Origin: a virus
Lineage: Duplodnaviria > Caudoviricetes
DNA: 64,000 nt
Strand: one strand, 5' to 3'
IMG/VR virus record: IMGVR_UViG_3300042013_000103
Part shown: positions 27,881 through 37,254 of the stretch, one piece after another
Numbering within the stretch: the stretch's first letter is position 1
How the letters are laid out: every line of letters starts with the position of its first letter
The notes under the pieces: generated by a model
Databases searched by the model: none
Told to the model about the DNA's origin: nothing
What the model saw: the letters and a program-made list of their open reading frames with translations, nothing else
Position numbers and translations under genes: made by a program

Positions 27881-28360
27881 TCACAGCTCCATCAAGATCG
27901 CATAGATCTGCTCCAGTGTCCCGAAGGTATCGTAGATGCTGATCGTTTTTGGGATAAAGAACAAGGTGGCGTAATCCGCCCCCGCCTTTTTGATCGTGAT
28001 GGTGGTGGATCGAATGTCCACTTTAAACATCCCCACATCTTTAACCACGGGCACGTCGGTTAGGAACTTACGTCCGGCACCGAGCACTTCCTCTGTAGTC
28101 AACACCTTGGGCAACGACAGCGCCATCAATTCCTTGGCGATCAATGTCCGCAGGTCTCCTGACGTTTCCATGGCACGATGGTACATAACGCTCCCATCGT
28201 TCGGAAAAATGCTGACTACATCGTGTCCGTTTTTAGAAATACGCACATGGTCCGACATGAGATCGATCTTGTAATCACCCAGACGCGTCAAATGAACCAC
28301 GTCCGGAGTAAGATAACGTTTCGCGAAATCGAGCAGGATTTGTTCGTTGGGTGTGTTCAT
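27881..28360 (-). CDS. Two-module paralog-array protein, 159 aa
   Basis: Internal duplication of an about 75-aa unit. Confidence 0.65.
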   Translation of the reverse strand: MNTPNEQILLDFAKRYLTPDVVHLTRLGDYKIDLMSDHVRISKNGHDVVSIFPNDGSVMYHRAMETSGDLRTLIAKELMALSLPKVLTTEEVLGAGRKFLTDVPVVKDVGMFKVDIRSTTITIKKAGADYATLFFIPKTISIYDTFGTLEQIYAILMEL

Positions 28361-28466
28361 TTTCGTGTTACCTATTTGCTACTACATACCAGTCCCGTCA
28401 CCGGTCTGGGCTCTTACGCCCCTTGCGGGGCATAACTTTAAAATCCGAGCGAGCGGCAGCGCTCTG

Positions 28467-28958
28467 TTAAGCGGGTACCGCCAAAGGTTTCCGGAGAATA
28501 ACGCCCCAGTTAAAGGGCAGTGCTTGCTGAGTATAAAGGGAGTACTTCCGCAGCTTCGGGCATTCCTCATTAAACACGGTTAACGTCCGATGACTGGGGT
28601 TATCATCAATTAAAAAATAGAAGTTTTCTTTGAGGTCTTCGGTCTTGGCTGTTTGCACCGGGAATAGTTCCCCGCCGCCCCTCACATACCACCGCCGATA
28701 CTGCCGTTTCGCTAACCGTTCCTCCACGAGGGGATTAGAGATGAACTTTTTGATCTTTGCTCGCATCCCATTAGCATCATTCCAAGTGTCAACTGTATCC
28801 ACGTGGATGTAATCGCCCTGCACTAGGGCGAAGACGAACCCGTCCACCAGCTGGCGCAACCCGACAACGTGTCTGAGAATCATGGTAAAGGGAGAGAGCA
28901 CTAAACCCAGCTCGTTTGCTACGGCTTGGTCCAGTTGCTTAGCTATTGACTTGGTCAT
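28467..28958 (-). CDS. Hypothetical protein, 163 aa
   Basis: GGAGG RBS; promoter variant AATATTAC at 28993. Confidence 0.55.
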   Translation of the reverse strand: MTKSIAKQLDQAVANELGLVLSPFTMILRHVVGLRQLVDGFVFALVQGDYIHVDTVDTWNDANGMRAKIKKFISNPLVEERLAKRQYRRWYVRGGGELFPVQTAKTEDLKENFYFLIDDNPSHRTLTVFNEECPKLRKYSLYTQQALPFNWGVILRKPLAVPA

Positions 28959-29050
28959 ATAGCCTCCCGCTTTAGTCTAGATTGGATGCACGGTAATATT
29001 CCTTCATTGCAGGTACGGTTTACACAGCATGGGACAGGCGAGTAGAGTTT

Positions 29051-29323
29051 CTACGTCAGGTTCTGTTGCAGCAGTTCCCGAAACTTGTCATCCACATTGA
29101 CTTTACCGGCGGCGACGTCAGGGTGGGACCGCGCTACGCGTTCCAGTCGTTTGACATCCAGCACCACGTTCGCGGGTTTGGGTTTCCCCAACACTTCATT
29201 CAGGGCAGACAGGGCCCCTTCCTTGATTGCGTCGATGGTTGTCTTGGTCGCGTAAGCTTCGTTGTGGCGTTTGATGTCCGCTTCACGCAGGCGGCGCTTT
29301 AACGTTTTCTTGGACTCCGTCAT
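29051..29323 (-). CDS. Hypothetical protein, 90 aa
   Basis: Start re-set to MTESKK with GAGG RBS. Confidence 0.55.
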   Translation of the reverse strand: MTESKKTLKRRLREADIKRHNEAYATKTTIDAIKEGALSALNEVLGKPKPANVVLDVKRLERVARSHPDVAAGKVNVDDKFRELLQQNLT

Positions 29324-29730
29324 TACGGCACCTCGGGTGGGGTGTAAAGTGGGATGCGCTGTTGTTTGGACGTGTTCCCATTGGCATCGGTCGTTTGTGC
29401 TGGGGACCAATACAACAATTTACCTAAATCACTGTCCACGGCAATGGTTACCGTGTCCAAGGTCAGAACGCAATCCATCGCTGGCTCGCCATTGGAATGG
29501 AAATCCCGCTCTCGCGTCCGTACTTCTTTCAGGGCTTCGTTCAACACCACGTATTCGCGTGAGCGTTCGCAATCGAGGCGCTCCACCAGAACCCTGCGCC
29601 CGTGGAAGACTTCGGTCAAGTCAGCGAAGCCTGCGTATTCCAGCGGTGACATGATCCGCACTAACTCGCCGTTGGGGAACTGAAACCAGTTGCCGGAACG
29701 GGACAGGGTGACGTAACCGTTGTCGATCAT
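29323..29730 (-). CDS. Hypothetical protein, 135 aa
   Basis: ATGA overlap. Confidence 0.55.
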   Translation of the reverse strand: MIDNGYVTLSRSGNWFQFPNGELVRIMSPLEYAGFADLTEVFHGRRVLVERLDCERSREYVVLNEALKEVRTRERDFHSNGEPAMDCVLTLDTVTIAVDSDLGKLLYWSPAQTTDANGNTSKQQRIPLYTPPEVP

Positions 29731-30128
29731 GCACGCACCCCCTCAGGACTGTCCGACTGGTGTGCTTCTGCCCAGGCGTCGAATTCTTGTTTCGCTGTTT
29801 CCGCCAGCTTGGCGTGTTTGGACAGGTCGCGTTTGTAATCGTACTGCGGGGCACGGTACAGCGCTTGCCAGAACCAGTTGTCCGGGTACGGCACCAGGTG
29901 TTCCGCGGACTCTCCGTCGTTGATCCGGTGCGAGACGTACTGCAGCACCAGCGCCCACCGGGAGTTCTCACGGGGATCATCGATGAGTTTGGCCAAGAAC
30001 GCTTTGAGCATGGCTTCGTCGAGTTGAAGCTTGGCGGCCAGATCAGTGATGGTGATGGTTTCTTTGGCAACAATCGCACTCATCAGCGCGGCCATGGCCC
30101 GACCCATTAAGTTCAGGTGGTAAGACAT
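29727..30128 (-). CDS. Putative HTH-containing protein, 133 aa, paralog of 30128-30583
   Basis: TITDLAAKLQLDEAMLKAFL HTH-like segment. Confidence 0.55.
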   Translation of the reverse strand: MSYHLNLMGRAMAALMSAIVAKETITITDLAAKLQLDEAMLKAFLAKLIDDPRENSRWALVLQYVSHRINDGESAEHLVPYPDNWFWQALYRAPQYDYKRDLSKHAKLAETAKQEFDAWAEAHQSDSPEGVRA

Positions 30129-30583
30129 CAGGGGGTTACCTTGTCAGTGAGGAGTTTGAGTTGTTCTGCACGAAAACGAGCCCGCTGGTTCGAGAAGTCC
30201 CATAGCGTCGCCTCGATCACCGATTTGAACGGCTCTTTTCCGAACTGGTGATCGGGTGTGCCGGTGGCTTGAGCAAGGAACCAGGTTGGAGGGCGATCGA
30301 CCGGGGTAGAGCGGCCGGTGTCCCCTTCATACACAACCGAATGCATGGTGCTGACCAACAGACGCCACAACCCATCCTGCTCCAACGCAATGTTGCGGGA
30401 CAAAAGGTCGTAGATGTCAGCGTTGCGCAGGTGCATGGCCGCAGCCAGTTCGTCCATGGTCGGGTGTTCGTCCAGCATCACTGCCTTGTACAACAAGGTC
30501 TTCAGGTAGTGACGCTGGAAAGCAATGCGGGGGTCGAACATTTCGAGGGTGATGCGTTGGTCTTGAGCAAACAATACGTCCAT
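30128..30583 (-). CDS. Putative HTH-containing protein, 151 aa, paralog of 29727-30128
   Basis: PTMDELAAAMHLRNADIYDLL HTH-like segment; AAGGA RBS. Confidence 0.55.
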   Translation of the reverse strand: MDVLFAQDQRITLEMFDPRIAFQRHYLKTLLYKAVMLDEHPTMDELAAAMHLRNADIYDLLSRNIALEQDGLWRLLVSTMHSVVYEGDTGRSTPVDRPPTWFLAQATGTPDHQFGKEPFKSVIEATLWDFSNQRARFRAEQLKLLTDKVTP

Positions 30584-30648
30584 TGAAAGGTTCCTTTTGA
30601 TGGGGGACATAAAAGAAGGCCCGAAGGCCCTCTCTTACGCACAGTCGA

Positions 30649-31602
30649 TCAGGAGATAACCAAGCCATCGCTGGTGAGGTTGTCGTCCACGTCGGTCATG
30701 GGTTTGCGGGTGCGGTAGGCGCCGAAGGTACGGGCCATGGCCTGACCGCGTTCGCTCAGGGTGTTGTGAATTTCATCCACACCGATGACGTTGATCACGA
30801 AGTGGGCTTGGTCACAGTCCATCGCATCGGGGTCGATCGGGAAACCCGCGGTTTTGCTGTACGCTTCACCGAAGGTGGTTTCCTTGGCCTCGTCCGCGAA
30901 CAACGAAGCAATTGCGATCGGTTCCAACACACCCGCCGCTTCAGCCCGCGAGTCGGTGATGAACAGGGTGGAGAGTTGTGGCTCGATCGGGTGCAGGCGT
31001 GAGTACTGCAACCAGTTCTGCACGTCTTTGGTGTCGAGGCGATGGTTGTTCTGCGAACTCAGGGTCAGCAGCAGGTCAATGCCCCATGCCGCCCGGTCGT
31101 TGGTTTCCGCAAACGAAACCCCGGTCTTGTTTTCCAGGTAGTGCATGACCACCGGGAGCTTCAGTTCCACGGCGTTCACTTCCAGGCCTTTCAACGTGTC
31201 ACGGGTGTTGCTCCATTGTTTCTTGGCGGTGTCGTCACCGACCACCACCAGCACCGTGGACAGCCCATCCTTCAGCAGAGAGCGCGCCAACAGCGGACCG
31301 ATCACCGAACCCGAACCACCACCGGCACAGAACACCACGATGTTGAATTCAACGCCCGGGAACTCGGCAAGCACGCTTGGGATTTGTGGCGCAGCTTTCG
31401 GGTAACTGTAGGAACGGTCAGAACCCGCACCGTGCAGCCCTTCGAGCAGGTAGATGTTGGAGTCTTGCATGTCGGGAGTGATGTTCGCATCACCGGTGTC
31501 GACGAAGGCGAAGCGGGGATCATTCGGGCCCATCAGGCGACCGATGTTGAAGCCAGTGCCGCCACAGAAGTACACACGGTGTTTCAATACAGGACTGCTC
31601 AT
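30649..31602 (-). CDS. phuZ: Phage tubulin PhuZ, 317 aa
   Basis: YFCGGTGFNIG, tubulin signature GGGSGSVIG, acidic C-terminal DDNLTSDGLVIS tail. Confidence 0.93.
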   Translation of the reverse strand: MSSPVLKHRVYFCGGTGFNIGRLMGPNDPRFAFVDTGDANITPDMQDSNIYLLEGLHGAGSDRSYSYPKAAPQIPSVLAEFPGVEFNIVVFCAGGGSGSVIGPLLARSLLKDGLSTVLVVVGDDTAKKQWSNTRDTLKGLEVNAVELKLPVVMHYLENKTGVSFAETNDRAAWGIDLLLTLSSQNNHRLDTKDVQNWLQYSRLHPIEPQLSTLFITDSRAEAAGVLEPIAIASLFADEAKETTFGEAYSKTAGFPIDPDAMDCDQAHFVINVIGVDEIHNTLSERGQAMARTFGAYRTRKPMTDVDDNLTSDGLVIS

Positions 31603-31633
31603 GATTGTTACCTTATTGCTAGGAGTTTTGAGA

Positions 31634-32095
31634 TTAGTGGTCACTACGGGCAGTAATGGCCATGACGATCTTTTCGAAACAGTTGTAGAACAGAACTTCT
31701 ACGTAACCGTTGCACAGTTTCGTTTCCCAGGTGCCCCCGTTGGTCACGTGCGTGAGGATTTGTTCACGTATATAAGTAAGCTTGTAAACCTCGGGTTTCA
31801 ACCACAACGGGGCAAACAGTTCCGTCAACCATTCCAGCGAAGGCACCCGTCGCTTGGGGTTGTTGGTGTCATTGGCCATGAACCGAGAGGTATCCACGAT
31901 GTTGTTCTCGGCATCAAACAGCACCAGTAGCACACCGGCGTCTTTGGCGTATTTGTTGAGGGTGTAACCCCCTTGGGCGTCGATGTTATTGGCAATGGCC
32001 TGGGTCACCAATGCAGCGGTGTACTCCGAGAGCATCACCCCATGTCGCTTAAAGGTTTGTTGGATGGCTTCCTGGGTAGGTTTAGCTTGTGGCAT
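31634..32095 (-). CDS. Hypothetical protein, 153 aa
   Basis: AGGAG RBS. Confidence 0.6.
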   Translation of the reverse strand: MPQAKPTQEAIQQTFKRHGVMLSEYTAALVTQAIANNIDAQGGYTLNKYAKDAGVLLVLFDAENNIVDTSRFMANDTNNPKRRVPSLEWLTELFAPLWLKPEVYKLTYIREQILTHVTNGGTWETKLCNGYVEVLFYNCFEKIVMAITARSDH

Positions 32096-32140
32096 TCTGA
32101 CGCTCCTATTTCCTGTACATCATCTACCTCCGCAGTATTG

Positions 32141-32245
32141 TTACACAATGCGGACGATGCTTCCTTTACCGTTCCGGTAGATGACCCACTCGATCTTGCG
32201 CCCTTGGTCGAGGGCTTGTTGCAGTGCGTTGTTCGTGTTCGGCAT
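32141..32245 (-). CDS. Small peptide, 34 aa (not in ORF track)
   Basis: MPNTNNALQQALDQGRKIEWVIYRNGKGSIVRIV; AGGA RBS. Confidence 0.4.
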   Translation of the reverse strand: MPNTNNALQQALDQGRKIEWVIYRNGKGSIVRIV

Positions 32246-32493
32246 GCGGTGGTTTTCCTGGTCACTTGAGATGAATCGGCTTACTAAATAAGGAATAATT
32301 ACGCGGGTCCTCCCCAGAGGGTCCCCCCCACATAATTATATTCTTTATAGGTAAATCTTTGTTAGAAAACAAAAGCTTTTAAAAGAAAACAGCTTACTGA
32401 ATTCCCTGTCGTTCCAAAAGCTTTATAGCGCGATTTTGTTAAAACCGACGAACGGCATACCACCTCCCCAGAGGGAGGCAGCGGGCTCAGACA

Positions 32494-33819
32494 TTACTCA
32501 ATGGTTTCGATGATGCCGGTTTCCGTGATCACGTCTTCTTCCTTCTCCCCAAGCAAAAATTGGGTCGAGATCACTTTGAAGCTGAAGTCCCGTGTGAGCG
32601 ACTTGTACACCAACCCTTCCCGGTAGCTACCTTTGCGTCCGTTAAAGACCGCAGGGCCCTCAGCGGCGGCCAGGCAGTCCTTTACCGTAGGAGGCAGCAA
32701 AGTGCAAGGGTCAGCCACTGGAATGTACCTCAACCCCAGGACTTCACAGATGGAACGGGCACCGTGAGGCGGTAGTTCCATGTTGCCGTTGCTGTAAATC
32801 TTGTACACGAAGAACTCGCGGGCTTCCAACCCTTCGAAGTTCGACTGAATGCCCGGACCACAGAGTTCCCCTTGCAGGGTCAACGCCACCCCCGAGTTCT
32901 GCTGGTAACGTTGCAACTTTTCCACCAGGCCATGGGCTTTCACGTAATTGGTGAAGTCGTTGCTATCGTTCTTGCTGACTTTCCAGGCCGGCCAGATCAA
33001 ACGGCGACGAGCGATGCACCGGCGGTTGCGACCCAAGAAACTGGCCACCCAGTAACGCAGCTGTTCAAAGCGGGTCCATGGCACGGGTTCCAGGTCGTAC
33101 TCAACGTTCCGGGAACACACCCCCGACAACATCATGGCGTCTTGCACCACGTTGTAGACGGTCATCGACGCGCCATTCAGCTTGATCGACGCTTCGAAAA
33201 GCTCATTGTTCTCCACAGCCTTCCGGTACGCCATTGTGAGGTTCTGTACGCGATCCTCAGTCGACTTGGTAAGAAACTTAGGCCACGGCTTCTCATTCTG
33301 CAGATCGCCCATTACACGGGCTACCAGGCGCTCGTACCAATCCGGGGCTTTCAGGGACTCGGCGTTCTTCTTACCGGAGGATTCGTACTTCAGAATCCCC
33401 AGTTCCAAGGTCACGTTGTCGTCGACCTTCTTGCCGCTGAGTTCTGCGGGGATCGGCACCACCAACCCTTGGGCCAGCTCCTTGCGGAACTTGGTGGTCT
33501 TCAGGCGGTGGTAGTTGGTCCCGTTGACGGTGCGCAGGTCAGAACGACGCGCTTCCAAGAACGAAAACAGCGGGTGTTCAACCGGCAACAAACTGTCGAT
33601 CTCACAGTAGATCGCGCGATCCCCGGCTTTGTATTCGTCGAGTTTGACCACACACTGCCAGCCCCCAACCAACGCCAAGGACAACCGATCGGCGTTAGGA
33701 TGTTTGATCACTTCGTCGATGACGACGATGCGGGCCAGTTTACGTTCGGTTTCCACCACCCCCACGCCAGAACGGATCGGCGCGAGTTCTTCGGGCAGTA
33801 CAGTTTCAATTGCAGTCAT
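32494..33819 (-). CDS. ATP-dependent RNA ligase, DRB0094/Rnl2-like family, 441 aa
   Basis: N-terminal HPNADRL...GWQCVVK OB module, motif I KLNGAS, LQGELCGPGIQ, EGLV, SFKVIS. Confidence 0.88.
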   Translation of the reverse strand: MTAIETVLPEELAPIRSGVGVVETERKLARIVVIDEVIKHPNADRLSLALVGGWQCVVKLDEYKAGDRAIYCEIDSLLPVEHPLFSFLEARRSDLRTVNGTNYHRLKTTKFRKELAQGLVVPIPAELSGKKVDDNVTLELGILKYESSGKKNAESLKAPDWYERLVARVMGDLQNEKPWPKFLTKSTEDRVQNLTMAYRKAVENNELFEASIKLNGASMTVYNVVQDAMMLSGVCSRNVEYDLEPVPWTRFEQLRYWVASFLGRNRRCIARRRLIWPAWKVSKNDSNDFTNYVKAHGLVEKLQRYQQNSGVALTLQGELCGPGIQSNFEGLEAREFFVYKIYSNGNMELPPHGARSICEVLGLRYIPVADPCTLLPPTVKDCLAAAEGPAVFNGRKGSYREGLVYKSLTRDFSFKVISTQFLLGEKEEDVITETGIIETIE

Positions 33820-35210
33820 TCAGCAGCATCCTTTTTAGGGTCGATTCCAGAGACATAAGTTTCGAAGATAGCCAACAAACGTTCGGGGTTTAACGTGCTT
33901 TCATAGTCGTACATCACCATGGGTTTGGTCATGTCGGTCTGACCAGTAGCGATCCGGTAACGGACTTCGGCCCGCCATTCGTTTTCGTCTCGACCTTCCG
34001 GTACGGGCATGGCGTTGACTAGGAAATCCGACGGCCCCGACTTACCTAGGTTCGAGGCATGGGACCAATAAACCCCCTCTTGGAATTGACCGGTGGAAAA
34101 GTCGAAAAGGGGTTGATCGTTCAGGGTCTTCCGGAGGTGGGCGTTGGTGAACGACCCCGCCACACCATCCGATTCTGAGCAATGGCGTAAGCGCTCGGAC
34201 AGGTTTGCCATCACCGCGTTCGGATCGAGTGGTGCGACATTTGTGCTTTCTGTTGGGTGGACGTAGAAAGCCATCGTTTCGTTACGACCAGTTTGCGTAG
34301 TCTCAGCCATGATCTGAATCAGGTCATGGACGTTACCTAGGGACGTACCCTCTTCATGTTCTGCGTATGTACGTAAACGCTCGGACAGGTTTGCCATCAC
34401 GGTGTTCGGATCAACCCAAGGGGCGAATGGCCGTTCGCCAAAAATGATCTGGTACAGACGACGGTGGGTCTCTACCATTGCACCTTCTTCAGGTACTGGT
34501 CCGAAACGGAGAACGTCATGCCAGGTTGCCGTGTCCACCATCAAGCCTTTGCCGCTTGGGGTGTCGAGGATGCTGTACGCCGCCAGTCCGATGGAACCCA
34601 GCACTTTCAAGTCACCCACCACAATGGTGAACGGTCCGCCTACTTTGGCTTCCAGTTCCGCCAAGACCTCGACGTCGCTTTTGAACAGTTTGCTGCTGGC
34701 ATCCTGCAACGCATCCCGAATGGCCAGTTCCCGTTCCATTTGGCGTGCTTGTGGTTCCAAGGCCGCAAAGCCTTCCCGGACCACATCGGCAGTGGTCTTG
34801 CCGAACGTGGAATTGGGGACGATGTTCTTTACCAAACGGGATGGTTTGGCACGTTGCAACAGTCGATTAAACATAGACGACATATCCTGAGGAATGTTGT
34901 GGGTGGCTTTACGGTCCCGGCCTTCGCCTTGTACGGGTTGTTCCAGTTTGGCGTACCAACTGCAATCGTCCGCGTCCGAGTACATTGGAATCTCGAGGTG
35001 CTTGGTGGAATCCCGCGACACCTGGGAAGCCAGGTTTGCCATGCTCAGGGCCAAAGAGAGTCGATGGGAAAACATATCTTCCTCCATGAGGACCATGCCA
35101 AAGTTGTGGAGACCGGGATCGATCCCCAAAATGCGGCGCGTGGGTGGGGTTACCGGCAAGGGGCTATCTAACCCGACGCAGACGAACGACAAGCCATCGA
35201 ATGGGTTCAT
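33816..35210 (-). CDS. Mosaic hypothetical protein, 464 aa, with RuvC-like N-terminal strand and internal repeat
   Basis: RILGIDPGLHNFG; repeat DPNxVMANLSERLR twice. Confidence 0.6.
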   Translation of the reverse strand: MNPFDGLSFVCVGLDSPLPVTPPTRRILGIDPGLHNFGMVLMEEDMFSHRLSLALSMANLASQVSRDSTKHLEIPMYSDADDCSWYAKLEQPVQGEGRDRKATHNIPQDMSSMFNRLLQRAKPSRLVKNIVPNSTFGKTTADVVREGFAALEPQARQMERELAIRDALQDASSKLFKSDVEVLAELEAKVGGPFTIVVGDLKVLGSIGLAAYSILDTPSGKGLMVDTATWHDVLRFGPVPEEGAMVETHRRLYQIIFGERPFAPWVDPNTVMANLSERLRTYAEHEEGTSLGNVHDLIQIMAETTQTGRNETMAFYVHPTESTNVAPLDPNAVMANLSERLRHCSESDGVAGSFTNAHLRKTLNDQPLFDFSTGQFQEGVYWSHASNLGKSGPSDFLVNAMPVPEGRDENEWRAEVRYRIATGQTDMTKPMVMYDYESTLNPERLLAIFETYVSGIDPKKDAAE

Positions 35211-35992
35211 TCACGGTCTTCCATAGCCAACGCAACTGATTCGTGGAACTTACCGGTGGCCAGATCCACTGCCGCGTGGTAGAGGTTGAAACGGTAGGTT
35301 TCCGGGTTCCCATTCACCGCTGGAATGGACATTTGGAAGTGTTCCACCACCACCTTGCCTTCGGCATCCGTGCGTTTGCCGTAGGTGTAGGTCATGGCGG
35401 CACCGGGTTGGCCAGTCTCTTCGAGCAAGTACGCGATTTGGGCAGCGTACAAGTGTAACGCTTCGCCCAACCACGCCGGCCGGTTGGATTTGACCAAGGC
35501 CAAAAAGCTCTTCTTACTGGAGAGAGTTTTTTGATCGTCCAACTGGGACGGTTTCTCGGTGAAGGTGAAAATGCGGAAACTGTTCTGCGTGCACGGTTCT
35601 CGTTTGACGATAGTGCAGGTTTTACGGCTGGAGTGATTGTAGCCCTGGCAGATGAAGGTGTCTTGAATGAACAGTTCTGCAGCTGCGCGACGGCGACTGG
35701 TGATGAAGTCCATGGAACGGACGTCCGCCAGCAACACGTTCAAGGCTTTTTCGGCCACGGCCTCGTGATTGAATTTCTGTTCCGGCAACTCAGCGAAGCG
35801 CACCGTGATATGCCCCAGGACTTTTTGGTCGTGTGACACCTCCACTACCGCGTTGTCGTCATTCGCTTGAATTTTGATGTCCAAGCAAGTGGCGCATTGT
35901 TCCATATGGAAGATGTGCTTGGTGCCGCGTTGGAACAGTTCGTCGGAAACGCCCAGTTGGTTGTACCAGCCAGGAAAGAAAAAATGAGCCAT
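35207..35992 (-). CDS. Hypothetical protein, 261 aa
   Basis: First gene after early promoter at 36034. Confidence 0.6.
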   Translation of the reverse strand: MAHFFFPGWYNQLGVSDELFQRGTKHIFHMEQCATCLDIKIQANDDNAVVEVSHDQKVLGHITVRFAELPEQKFNHEAVAEKALNVLLADVRSMDFITSRRRAAAELFIQDTFICQGYNHSSRKTCTIVKREPCTQNSFRIFTFTEKPSQLDDQKTLSSKKSFLALVKSNRPAWLGEALHLYAAQIAYLLEETGQPGAAMTYTYGKRTDAEGKVVVEHFQMSIPAVNGNPETYRFNLYHAAVDLATGKFHESVALAMEDRE

Positions 35993-36033
35993 TAGAAAAA
36001 TGCCTTGTGGTGGTTAGGGTAAAGATCACTAAC

Positions 36034-36061
36034 GTAATATAGTTCTGACTTATTTTAAAAT
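36034..36061 (-). promoter_or_regulatory. Early promoter
   Basis: CTATATTAC at 36034-36042. Confidence 0.7.
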
Positions 36062-36071
36062 CTACCGAACG

Positions 36072-36100
36072 GGCATAAGAAGAGCCCGAAGGCTCCTCTT
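36072..36100. terminator. Hairpin terminator
   Basis: ggcataagaagagcc-cgaa-ggctcctctt. Confidence 0.55.
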
Positions 36101-36110
36101 GTGGGGGTTG

Positions 36111-36398
36111 TTACGGGAACGCTTGACGGTCGATCACGGCGAAGCTGCCCTTCTCGATGTAAGCCAACAGCGTGGCCTTGTTGGTCACGTTGGAACTGCG
36201 GTCCACGGAAAACTGGATGGACAACTTACCCGCCACGTTGTAAATGGCTGCTTCGTGGTGCACGGGTTCGAATTCCAGGGTATCGGTGACATCCGTGAGG
36301 TAGCTGAGGTTAAACAGACGACGGATCACTTCCTTGCAAAACTCCACCGGCAACCGAGTTGCGGTGGACACTTCAGCCAACGTTACTTCAATTTTCAT
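36111..36398 (-). CDS. Hypothetical protein, 95 aa
   Basis: ORF with RBS. Confidence 0.55.
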   Translation of the reverse strand: MKIEVTLAEVSTATRLPVEFCKEVIRRLFNLSYLTDVTDTLEFEPVHHEAAIYNVAGKLSIQFSVDRSSNVTNKATLLAYIEKGSFAVIDRQAFP

Positions 36399-36407
36399 AG
36401 GGGTACC

Positions 36408-37172
36408 TTAGAGGGTGTAGTATTCGTGGTACTGAGCCAACGTGGGGTCGGTCAGTTGAATGTCTTGGCGGGTTAAGCGCACCACATAATGAGTGGTGTT
36501 ATCGCGCTTGATCCTGCCGCTGATGGTCGTCTTGGCGTAATCCTGCACCGTCAATTCTTCCACCGTGTCAAACACCACACCTAACTTCATGTACCGTGTC
36601 ACCAAGCGAGCCAAAGCCCGACCTGCTTCTCCTGGAACCACCGCCAGCGCTTCCCACAATCCAGGGTGCGTTACGCGGTCGAGAGGCACGGGGCCTAGTT
36701 CGGTTAAAATATCCAGTTGGAACGGCACCAACCCTAACGTGACGATAATCGGACGGAAAATGCGGTAGCCAGTCGCCGTGCATTCCATTCGGTAGTGGGC
36801 AGTCGGATTAGTATCCTGCAAGGCCTCTAGGTGGTCTTCTAAGGCACGCATGATGGAGACGTTGTACCGTAGGGTACTTTCGATATAATCCCGCTCAAAC
36901 GCAGCCTGAGCGCTTTCATTAGGAAAGGCCTTCATCACACTCCAACTCAATGTTTGTCCCGTTGCTTTCTCCGTCAACACGAACATGTAGTGCGTGGCAT
37001 CAATCAATTGCCATTGCACCGACCAGGCGTCCGGTTGGCACAATGCGTTGCACCGTTTGCACAGGTCTTTCAGCCGTTCCCGGTCTTTCAGTTGCTGTCC
37101 CAGTTGACACACGTCGTACTGACTGAGGTCAATGCTGGTGTCAACAACCGGTTTAATCGTACACCAACTCAT
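36408..37172 (-). CDS. Hypothetical protein, 254 aa
   Basis: GAGGAG RBS. Confidence 0.6.
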   Translation of the reverse strand: MSWCTIKPVVDTSIDLSQYDVCQLGQQLKDRERLKDLCKRCNALCQPDAWSVQWQLIDATHYMFVLTEKATGQTLSWSVMKAFPNESAQAAFERDYIESTLRYNVSIMRALEDHLEALQDTNPTAHYRMECTATGYRIFRPIIVTLGLVPFQLDILTELGPVPLDRVTHPGLWEALAVVPGEAGRALARLVTRYMKLGVVFDTVEELTVQDYAKTTISGRIKRDNTTHYVVRLTRQDIQLTDPTLAQYHEYYTL

Positions 37173-37254
37173 GGCGTTCTCCTCTGTGGAATTCTTCTAC
37201 AGATTATTGCGCCATAAACCCCTCCTGGTTGCCGGCCAAGGAGAGGGAATTGCA

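Noticed and set aside
32035-32265. 76-aa ORF from the track
   Set aside because: It overlaps the next gene; a 34-aa ORF in another frame (32141-32245) has a better RBS
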